Shown: positions 6,837 to 13,248 of the stretch, in pieces | Numbering within the stretch: position 1 is the first letter of the stretch | Layout: each line of letters opens with the position of its first letter | Notes under the pieces: model-generated | Told to the model about the DNA's origin: nothing | Database searches by the model: none | What the model saw: the letters and a program-made list of their open reading frames with translations, nothing else | Translations under genes and position numbers: made by a program | Source: an uncultured bacterium | Lineage (GTDB): Bacteria > Auribacterota > JABMQX01 > JAFGEW01 | Length of the DNA stretch: 13,527 nt | Assembly: GCA_965369835.1 (NCBI GenBank) | Contig: CBDUSE010000088.1 | Coordinates: 1-13,527 of the forward strand | Reading direction: 5' to 3'

Positions 6837-8012
6837 GTGAGCAGGATCATAGACATCCAGGGCGCGGCCGAGCTGCTGGCGGTTGACTACAAGACCGTGT
6901 ACCGGCTCATCCGGAGCGGTGAGCTGCCGGCGGCCAGGATCGGGCGCATCTATCGTCTTGCGCTGGAGGACGTTGAGCGCTACTTCGAGGAGCGCAAGGC
7001 GGCTACGATGCGCGAGCTCCGGGCCAACGGCCGGGACAACCGTGTGGCCAGACCGCTGCACGGCGACGATAAGTCGGTCGAGCGCCGCTGCGCCTGGTGT
7101 GGCCGCGAGCTGGTGCTCAAATACTCCGTCGCCGCCGAATGTGATGAGCCGGGCTGCGAGGCGGTAATTTGCCGCGAGTGTGCCCGCGTGGATAAGGCGA
7201 CCCGCTGCCCGGCGCATGCCCGGCCGAAGGACCGCAACGAGCAGGTCGAGAGACTGCGCGCCGAAGGTCTCCCGGTCGTGGGCGCGGAGGACCTGCAAGC
7301 GCTTGCCGCCTCGTATCTCTCGGAGGTGACCGATCGCTTCGATCAACTCTCCGGCTGGCCCGCGGACAATGCGTCCCTCGTGCCCCGCGAAAAGCTTGCG
7401 GTGACGATTCGTCGCAACCCGGCAGCGGAGGAATGGCTTGCGCTCGACGGGGGAGCGGCGGCGTTCGAGGCGGAGATTGCGCGGCGCGGCCGGGTCCGAA
7501 CCGGTCGGGCGTTTCTTGCAGTACTGCTTGTGCCGGCGGTGCACCGGTCGGCATACAAACGGCACGGTTTCGACGTACAGCCGTGCACGGCCGCCGATCT
7601 CCGCGCAGTCCTCGATGAAACAGTAAGGACTCGCAAAGACATGGGCTACCTTGTTGTTACGGTTTGGTCGCCGACGGGATGGACGGAACAAGCGGTGGAT
7701 CGGGCGGCAACGGGCTTGCGCGCCGGCATTCGTGTGGTGCTCGTGGACCGGCCGGGCGGTCGCTGCTATGGCGCGGGCGAGCCGGTGGAATACCTCCTCA
7801 ACCCGCTCTCGGATGGGCCGGTGATCAGCGAGTGCGCAGCGTTCGTGCGGAACGGGCTCGCGGTGCAGTCGAGCATCCGGCTCGAGACACTCGTCGAGGA
7901 GGGCGGCTTCCACCGCGAGATCGCGCACCGCTGCTTCGAGCGGCTGGCGGCAACAGGCGAGTACCTCATTGACCGGTTCGACGACCTCGGCGCGGTTATT
8001 TCGAGGCGCTAG
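6837..8012 (+). CDS. Excisionase/MerR-type HTH (HTH_17) DNA-binding protein with a central Cys4 zinc-ribbon and a C-terminal domain of unknown function. First gene of the 4-gene operon.
   Basis: GTG start with GGAG 7 nt upstream. The N-terminus IIDIQGAAELLAVDYKTVYRLIRSGELPAARIGRIYRLALEDVERYF is a textbook excisionase-family HTH. The Cys cluster C-AWCGRELV...CDEPGCEAVICRECARV...RCPAH forms a zinc ribbon or treble clef. The C-terminal 200 aa have no recognisable family. The antisense 477-aa ORF (6762..8195) is rejected as a shadow. Confidence 0.8.
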   Translation: MSRIIDIQGAAELLAVDYKTVYRLIRSGELPAARIGRIYRLALEDVERYFEERKAATMRELRANGRDNRVARPLHGDDKSVERRCAWCGRELVLKYSVAAECDEPGCEAVICRECARVDKATRCPAHARPKDRNEQVERLRAEGLPVVGAEDLQALAASYLSEVTDRFDQLSGWPADNASLVPREKLAVTIRRNPAAEEWLALDGGAAAFEAEIARRGRVRTGRAFLAVLLVPAVHRSAYKRHGFDVQPCTAADLRAVLDETVRTRKDMGYLVVTVWSPTGWTEQAVDRAATGLRAGIRVVLVDRPGGRCYGAGEPVEYLLNPLSDGPVISECAAFVRNGLAVQSSIRLETLVEEGGFHREIAHRCFERLAATGEYLIDRFDDLGAVISRR

Positions 8013-8015
8013 GCG

Positions 8016-9518
8016 ATGGGCTTTTTGACGACACAATGTCCGTACTGTGGCGCGCGCGTGCGCAAGTCGAGCAACTTTTGTGGGGCGTGCGGCAAGCCGG
8101 CGCCGAAGCGGGCGGTGCATTGCGGCCGCTGCGGGCGTGCGAGCGCGTCGGGCGCGAAGTTCTGCTCGCACTGCGGCGCGGAACTCGCCCGACACGGCAA
8201 GGCGATGCTCGTGGACAACCGCTGGGCGCGCGAGCCCGAGGAGTTCGCGGTCGTCCTCGACGTTGAGGACCTGGCGGGTTTCTTGGCCAAGTCGCTGGTC
8301 GTCGAGCCGGGCACGCGCGCGCTCCTATTCCGTGGCGAGCGACACGCGGGCGTGCTCGAACCGGGCCGTCACACGGTCGAGAGCGTGCCGCGGCGGCTTG
8401 CGACGCTGGGGCGCGATGGACCGACGACGGTGGTTCTTGTCTCGGCTGACGACGTGGCGGTCGAGCTGGATCTGCCGGAGGTGTGGACGGCCGACGAGCA
8501 GGTGGTGTCGGTGAAGGTCTTCCTCGTCGTGCGGCTCGTGGACCCGCAGGCGTTCCGGCGCGAGGTCGTGGGCGCTAGGTGGCGCGTCCTGCTCGACGAC
8601 ATTCGCGAGCTGTGGCGCGCGGAGGGATTGCCGGTGGTGGCGGAGATCGTCCGGCGCGAGACGCTCGAGTCGCTCTGTGCGAGGCCGGGCCTCCGCGAAG
8701 CGGTCGAGGAGGAGCTGCGGATCGAGCTCAACGGCACGTGTGCGCGAAGCGGCCTCGAGCTTGTGCAGCTTCGCTGCCTCGACTTCTACGGCGACGCCTA
8801 CGAGCGGCTTCGCGCCGAACGCGGCGAGGCGTTCCAACTGAGCCGCGCGCTCGAGCTTTACAGGCGCGTGCAGGGCGAGCTGTCCGCCGAGCGGATCGAG
8901 CGCTTTCGGTCCGAGCAGGAGTTCGAGCAGTTCGTGCGCGAGGCCGAGCACCAGGCGGGACTCAAGGTGCTGCTGCGCGAGCAGGAAATCGAGGACTTCA
9001 AGCGGGCGTACCGCGAGCGGCTGGCGCTCGACACAGCGAGGCGCGAGATCGAGCAGGGCGCCGTCGCCTTCGAGTCGGAGCTCGAGAAGGAGAAGGCGCT
9101 CGACGAGCTGCGGTGGGCCAAGCGCGAACGTGGACTCGAGCTGCTCGAGAAGATTCGCGAGCTGCGCCACCGCGAGCGGCTGCGCCGGATCGAGACCGAT
9201 GAGCTCCGGCTCGGCATCTACAGCCGGGCGACGATCGAGGCGCTCATCGCCATCCTCGACGACGAGCGGGCCGACCGCCTGGTCGAGTTGCGGAAGTTTC
9301 AGGAGCAGACGAAGATGTCGCCCGAGCAACTGCTGGCGCTCGTGGCGGCGAACTCGCCCGAGGCGGCGCTGGCATTGGCGGAAAAGTACCGTTCTGAGGC
9401 GGCCATAACGGCCGAGACCTACGAGCGTGTCAGCGGCGAGATTGCCGCGGCGAGTGAGACAAGCGACGGCGAACCGATGCCGGAGCAGGAAAAACGCGAA
9501 GAGCAGGAGTACGCGTGA
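8016..9518 (+). CDS. Double zinc-ribbon :: SPFH/Band-7 (stomatin/flotillin-like) domain :: long Glu/Arg/Leu coiled-coil protein, without a predicted membrane anchor
   Basis: N-terminal CPYCGARV...FCGACGKP...HCGRCGRA...FCSHCGAEL contains four CxxC pairs (a double zinc ribbon). It is followed by SLVVEPGTRALLFRGERHAGVLEPGRHTV...TADEQVVSVKVFLVVRLVDPQAFRREV, matching the SPFH core pattern (PG..a..f.G.....l.PG.H ... T.D...V.V......v.dp). After that come about 250 aa of EA/ER-rich heptads as in flotillins. The ATG lies 3 nt after the stop of the previous gene (GAGG upstream). Confidence 0.8.
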   Translation: MGFLTTQCPYCGARVRKSSNFCGACGKPAPKRAVHCGRCGRASASGAKFCSHCGAELARHGKAMLVDNRWAREPEEFAVVLDVEDLAGFLAKSLVVEPGTRALLFRGERHAGVLEPGRHTVESVPRRLATLGRDGPTTVVLVSADDVAVELDLPEVWTADEQVVSVKVFLVVRLVDPQAFRREVVGARWRVLLDDIRELWRAEGLPVVAEIVRRETLESLCARPGLREAVEEELRIELNGTCARSGLELVQLRCLDFYGDAYERLRAERGEAFQLSRALELYRRVQGELSAERIERFRSEQEFEQFVREAEHQAGLKVLLREQEIEDFKRAYRERLALDTARREIEQGAVAFESELEKEKALDELRWAKRERGLELLEKIRELRHRERLRRIETDELRLGIYSRATIEALIAILDDERADRLVELRKFQEQTKMSPEQLLALVAANSPEAALALAEKYRSEAAITAETYERVSGEIAAASETSDGEPMPEQEKREEQEYA

Positions 9519-10984
9519 TGCCGCCGACGAGCTCCGAGAGGCGCGTGGCCAGGTGCCCCGAGTGCGACCACGAGGTATCGCACAAGCGCTACTGCGAGCA
9601 TTGCGGCGCGCTCCTGTCGAAGGCGATCGTGCCCGGGTCGCTCGGACTGGAGACGGTGCCGGCCGCTGCGGGCGACTTTCGGCTCGAGATTGACGCGTCG
9701 CGCGTGTTGCAGCAGTACGCGGTCGGCGTGCTCGAGCTGCGGCTCACGAACACCGGTGCGCACGAGGTGCAACTGGCGATGGTCGAGATCGAGACGCCGG
9801 TGGTGGACTCGCCGCTGCGCAGCATCGTGCGGGACGTGCGGCGCGGGCGGCACATGCCGTTGAGGTTCTCGGTCATCCCGGTGCGGCACGGCGAGGCGGC
9901 GTGCCGGGTGCGCATCAAGGCGCTGGATGCGGCGCAGGTCTTCAGCGTGCACGTGGGTGAGCTTACGCTCATCGTCAACCCACCGCACGTCGAGGAGACA
10001 ACGCTACAATTTGTCATCAAGAACAGCGATGTGGTGGGCGACTTCGAGAACGTCTTCAAGCCGGCGCGGCGCTGGCCGCGCGGCGTGATGCAGCCGCGGC
10101 GCCGCGCACTGTGGGTGCCGGTGCGGCTCGTCGAGGAGGTGCGCTGCGAAGTGCGGCCGGTGCGCAAGCAGATCGTCGGTCCGGAGCGCCTTGCGGGCGT
10201 GCCGCCGATGGAGAGAGCGGCGCTACGCATGCTCGAGCGGGGCGAGATGCGCACCGTGGCGCTCTTTGCCAAGCTCAAGCTTGCCTTCGGGCGAAGCTCA
10301 GCACCGGACCCGCAAAGCCGGGAGCGCAACGACGTGGTGCTTCGGCTCGAGCCGGACACGGCGCCAACCCGGGACCTCTCGCGGCGGATTCATCGCTTTG
10401 CCTTTCAGTTGCGCGCGGGGGCCGACGAGGTGCAGCTTGTGCGGCTCGGACGGCGCGATGGTCGGGTCGTTGTCGAGGCGATCGAGCCACTCGGCGACCG
10501 TGAGCCGATTGATGTGGCGGGACTTTTTGAGCTGATGCCCCGCATCGTCAAGGGGCCCGACTACCTCAGGTGGAAGAGGTTCAACGTGTATCGCGGTTCC
10601 GAGCGCGCGCCCGAGATCGAGCTGGTGGAGGTCTGCGTGCCGAGCGCCGAGCAGGTGCTCGGCGTGGTGCTCAGCCGCTCCGACGAGGCGGCCGAGCGCG
10701 AGGCGTACGTCCAGGTGCGCCGGTACGTGACGATCGGCGCCTCGCCCGAGGCGGCGATCGTGGTGCGCGAGCCGGGCGTCTCAGGCATTCATGCGCGGCT
10801 GATCGCTAAGGGAGGCCTTTTTCTCGTCGAGGACCTCGGCAGCGCGAACGGTACGTGGGTCAACGAGCGGCGCCTCCAGCCGGACGAGGTCGCGCCGCTC
10901 AAGTACGGTGACCACATCATGCTGGGCAACACGGCGCTGGCGTTCGAGCCGTTTGAGCAGCACTTTGGAGAGGGCGATTCGTGA
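9515..10984 (+). CDS. Zinc-ribbon :: central beta-rich region :: C-terminal FHA (forkhead-associated, phospho-Thr binding) domain protein
   Basis: The ATG overlaps the preceding stop (GTGATG; AGGAG 8 nt upstream). N-terminal RCPECDHEV...YCEHCGAL is a zinc ribbon. The C-terminal YVTIGASPEAAIVVREPGVSGIHARLIAKGGLFLVEDLGSANGTWVNERRL...GDHIMLGNTALAF carries the FHA signature (G-[RA], S-x-x-H, DLGS-NGT-xVN), though GA replaces the usual GR. Confidence 0.8.
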   Translation: MMPPTSSERRVARCPECDHEVSHKRYCEHCGALLSKAIVPGSLGLETVPAAAGDFRLEIDASRVLQQYAVGVLELRLTNTGAHEVQLAMVEIETPVVDSPLRSIVRDVRRGRHMPLRFSVIPVRHGEAACRVRIKALDAAQVFSVHVGELTLIVNPPHVEETTLQFVIKNSDVVGDFENVFKPARRWPRGVMQPRRRALWVPVRLVEEVRCEVRPVRKQIVGPERLAGVPPMERAALRMLERGEMRTVALFAKLKLAFGRSSAPDPQSRERNDVVLRLEPDTAPTRDLSRRIHRFAFQLRAGADEVQLVRLGRRDGRVVVEAIEPLGDREPIDVAGLFELMPRIVKGPDYLRWKRFNVYRGSERAPEIELVEVCVPSAEQVLGVVLSRSDEAAEREAYVQVRRYVTIGASPEAAIVVREPGVSGIHARLIAKGGLFLVEDLGSANGTWVNERRLQPDEVAPLKYGDHIMLGNTALAFEPFEQHFGEGDS

Positions 10985-12714
10985 ACCGGGACGCGCCGGG
11001 CACAAAAAAGAGCCGACCGCACGATCCGCTCGACGAGGCGACCACCTTCGTCGAGGGACGCCGGGTGGCGCAACCGTTCGAGGTGGGCGATACGGTCTCG
11101 GACCGGTACGTGCTACGTGCGGGGCTTGGCCGAGGCGGGATGGGCGTCGTGTACCGTGCCGACGACCTGCTGTTGGACGAGCCGGTGGCGATCAAGATGA
11201 TGAGCCCGGCGCTGCTGGCGAGCGAGTCGCTCTCGCGGCGTTTCTTCGAGGAGGCGCGAATCGCCCGCCGGCTCAACCACGACAACATCATTCGCGTCAA
11301 CGACGTCGGCGAGACCGAGGGTGTCAAGTACATCACGATGGAGTTTGTGGATGGCATCTCGCTGCGCGAGTGGATCCGCGCGCACGCACACAGCGAGACA
11401 GGTTCAGAGTACCTGGCGGACACCCTCTTCATTGTGCGGCAGATCTGCGCCGGGCTGCGATACGCGCACCGGCACACGCTGCACCGCGACCTCAAGCCGG
11501 AGAACGTGCTCCTGAGCAACGACGGGCAGGTCAAGATCGCCGACTTCGGCATTGCCCGGCTCAAGGACCGGGCCGACTACACGGTCTCGAAGGCGCGGTT
11601 CGGCACGATGTACTACGTCGCGCCCGAGCGGCTTTCGGGAACGGGCGACGACGCGCGCTCGGACCTCTACTCGCTCGGCGTCCTTTTCTACGAGATGCTC
11701 ACCGGCCGGCTGCCGGTCGGCCTGTTCGCGATGCCGACGAAGCTCGACCCCGAGCTGCCGGCGGTCATTGACGAGATCGTGGCGAAGCTGCTCGCCTTCA
11801 ACCCGCGCGACCGCTACCGGTCGGCAGCCGACGTGCTGCTCGAGCTTGACAAGCTCAGCGGGCGGCAGGTCTGGCGCGAGGCGCCTGCGACTGCCGCGGA
11901 AGCCAGGGCAAAGGCGGAGGTCGCGACTTCCTTGGAAACGGAACCGACCGTCACGACTGCTCGCGCCACACCGGCTCCCCCCACGCGGCGGACGGCTCCC
12001 GCTGGGATGGTGCTCATTCCGGGGGGCACGTTCAAGATGGGGAGCGAGACGGGCGACGAGGACGAGCAGCCGATTCACGCGGTCAAGATCGAGCCATTCT
12101 TCATGGACCAGGCGCCGGTGACAAACGCGCAGTTCTTCGAGTTCCTCCAGGCACGGCCCGAGTGGCGCAAGGCCGCAGCCGATCGCGCCCGGACCGACCG
12201 CGACTACCTCGCGCTCTGGAACTACAACACCTATCCGCCGGAGCTGAGGGACCACCCGGTGGTGTTCGTGAGCTGGTACGCGGCGAGGGCGTACGCCGAG
12301 TGGCGCGGCTGCCGCCTGCCGACCGAGGCGGAGTGGGAGCACGCCGCGCGTGGCGGGCTCGAGGAACGCGAGTTCCCGTGGGGCGACCTGCCGGATTCGG
12401 ACCGGGCGCACTTCCACTCGAGCCTCGGGACGGTGCCCGTGAAGTCGTTCCCGCCGAATGGGCACGACCTGTTCGAGATGGCGGGCAACGTCTGGGAATG
12501 GTGCGAGGACTGGTACGACGAGAAGTTCTACCGCGGCCTGACCGAAAGGGTTGAGGGTCCCGTATGCAGCGATTCGGCGAGCGGCCTGAAGGTGATTCGC
12601 GGTGGCGCGTGGTGCTACTACGCTTATGTGATGCGCTGCGCCTTCCGGAGCGGCTTCCCGCCGCATTCAGCCGACATCAACGGCGGCTTCCGCTGCGCCC
12701 GCAGTCTTGGCTGA
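10981..12714 (+). CDS. Hanks-type Ser/Thr protein kinase fused through an Ala/Pro/Thr-rich linker to a C-terminal FGE-sulfatase (SUMF1/EgtB/PvdO-like) domain
   Basis: The GTG start overlaps the upstream stop (GGAGAGGG 8 nt upstream). All catalytic kinase motifs are present: LGRGGMGVVY, VAIKMM, FFEEARIARRL, HRDLKPENVLL, DFGIAR, YVAPERL. After the linker PAPPTRRTAPAG comes an FGE-sulfatase fold: MVLIPGGTFKMGS, PIHAVKIEPFFMDQAPVTNAQF, WEHAARGG, GNVWEWCEDWY, IRGGAWCYYAYVMRCAFRSG, GFRCARS. No hydrophobic transmembrane segment is visible. Confidence 0.9.
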   Translation: MNRDAPGTKKSRPHDPLDEATTFVEGRRVAQPFEVGDTVSDRYVLRAGLGRGGMGVVYRADDLLLDEPVAIKMMSPALLASESLSRRFFEEARIARRLNHDNIIRVNDVGETEGVKYITMEFVDGISLREWIRAHAHSETGSEYLADTLFIVRQICAGLRYAHRHTLHRDLKPENVLLSNDGQVKIADFGIARLKDRADYTVSKARFGTMYYVAPERLSGTGDDARSDLYSLGVLFYEMLTGRLPVGLFAMPTKLDPELPAVIDEIVAKLLAFNPRDRYRSAADVLLELDKLSGRQVWREAPATAAEARAKAEVATSLETEPTVTTARATPAPPTRRTAPAGMVLIPGGTFKMGSETGDEDEQPIHAVKIEPFFMDQAPVTNAQFFEFLQARPEWRKAAADRARTDRDYLALWNYNTYPPELRDHPVVFVSWYAARAYAEWRGCRLPTEAEWEHAARGGLEEREFPWGDLPDSDRAHFHSSLGTVPVKSFPPNGHDLFEMAGNVWEWCEDWYDEKFYRGLTERVEGPVCSDSASGLKVIRGGAWCYYAYVMRCAFRSGFPPHSADINGGFRCARSLG

Positions 12715-12722
12715 CCTCGGGC

Positions 12723-12742
12723 GCACGCATGCCTCTGCGTGC
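12723..12742. terminator. GC-rich inverted repeat (gcacgca-tgcctc-tgcgtgc) in the convergent gap between the kinase gene and csp. Candidate bidirectional stem-loop, but no U-tract.
   Basis: 7-bp perfect stem with a 6-nt loop read directly from the sequence. A second small palindrome, gccccttggggc, follows at 12744-12755. The only T-rich context is tgcccctt. A weak intrinsic terminator at best. Confidence 0.3.
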
Positions 12743-12799
12743 TGCCCCTTGGGGCATGGGAAGGTACGGCGCCGGTGAGAGAGGGAAGAAGGGTTAGGT

Positions 12800-13057
12800 C
12801 TAATCGGATTCCGACCCGTTGGCGCCGGAGCGCCGTTGAGAATCCCCGTTCCGATTGCTTTCCCTGATCACGTTGGCGGCCTGTAAGCCGCGCGGGTCCT
12901 CCACGATCTCAAACTCAACCGGCTCGTTACGGCGCAGGGTCTTGAATCCTTCGCCGAGGATCGCCGAATGGTGCACGAAGATCTCGCCGTGCTTCTCGTC
13001 ACGGATAAACCCATACCCTAGCTTGCTGTCGAACCACTTGACAGTGCCACGCATCAT
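12800..13057 (-). CDS. cspA: Cold-shock protein (CspA family, S1-like cold-shock domain) with a C-terminal Arg/Ser/Asn/Gly-rich tail of about 20 aa
   Basis: MMRGTVKWFDSKLGYGFIRDEKHGEIFVHHSAILGEGFKTLRRNEPVEFEIVEDPRGLQAANVI carries the RNP1 (KGYGFI) and RNP2 (VFVHF-like, here IFVHH) motifs. The start ATGATG at 13057 is preceded by GAGGGGGT, a good SD. The ORF-track start at 13171 adds an unlikely 38-aa leader that has no SD. Confidence 0.9.
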   Translation of the reverse strand: MMRGTVKWFDSKLGYGFIRDEKHGEIFVHHSAILGEGFKTLRRNEPVEFEIVEDPRGLQAANVIRESNRNGDSQRRSGANGSESD

Positions 13058-13211
13058 AGCTGCTACCCCCTCACTCCAAGAGCGTGCTTGGGTGCTTAGT
13101 CCGTAGGTGGAGAGTGGAAGGCAGGGAGACTGAGTGCCCTGCACGCGCTCACCGAAAACGGAAAGCATCACCCCGATAAAAAGACCGCTACTACAAAGTC
13201 TCTTGCCGTGT
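13058..13211 (-). other. Predicted long 5' untranslated leader of the cold-shock gene, a possible cold-box or thermosensing RNA element
   Basis: No ORF lies between the csp start and the promoter-like element. CspA-family mRNAs characteristically carry structured 5'UTRs longer than 100 nt. This is inferred from geometry only. Confidence 0.35.
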
Positions 13212-13218
13212 ATTGCAT

Positions 13219-13248
13219 TTCATACACCGAAAGCGTCGAATAGTCAAG
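13219..13248 (-). promoter_or_regulatory. Sigma-70-like promoter for csp: TTGACT (-35), 17-nt spacer, TATGAA (-10), in the only AT-rich stretch of the window
   Basis: On the minus strand, TTGACTattcgacgctttcggtgTATGAAatgc. The -35 is complementary to plus 13243-13248 and the -10 to plus 13219-13224. The TSS predicted near 13211 would give a 5'UTR of about 150 nt, which is typical of cspA-type genes. Confidence 0.45.

Noticed and set aside
6762-8195. 477-aa minus-strand ORF
   Set aside because: It is antisense to the HTH/zinc-ribbon gene, whose N-terminus is an unambiguous excisionase-family HTH. The translation is Arg/Ala/Pro-rich with no motifs.
8325-9329. 334-aa minus-strand ORF
   Set aside because: It is antisense to the SPFH coiled-coil region. 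Leu/Glu/Arg periodic sequence mirrors into a Leu/Ala/Arg-rich pseudo-protein. No SD or motifs.
11404-12666. 420-aa minus-strand ORF
   Set aside because: It is antisense to the kinase-FGE gene, which has complete Hanks motifs. The translation is Arg/Pro/Gly-rich junk.
12744-12755. gccccttggggc palindrome
   Set aside because: The loop would be only 2-4 nt with a stem of at most 4 bp, so it is not a credible hairpin on its own. I mention it only as context for the adjacent 7-bp stem-loop.
12800-13171. 123-aa version of the cold-shock ORF
   Set aside because: The extra 38 N-terminal residues (MMLSVFGERVQGTQSPCLPL...) have no SD and precede the universally N-terminal Csp motif. The ATGATG at 13057 has a strong SD.
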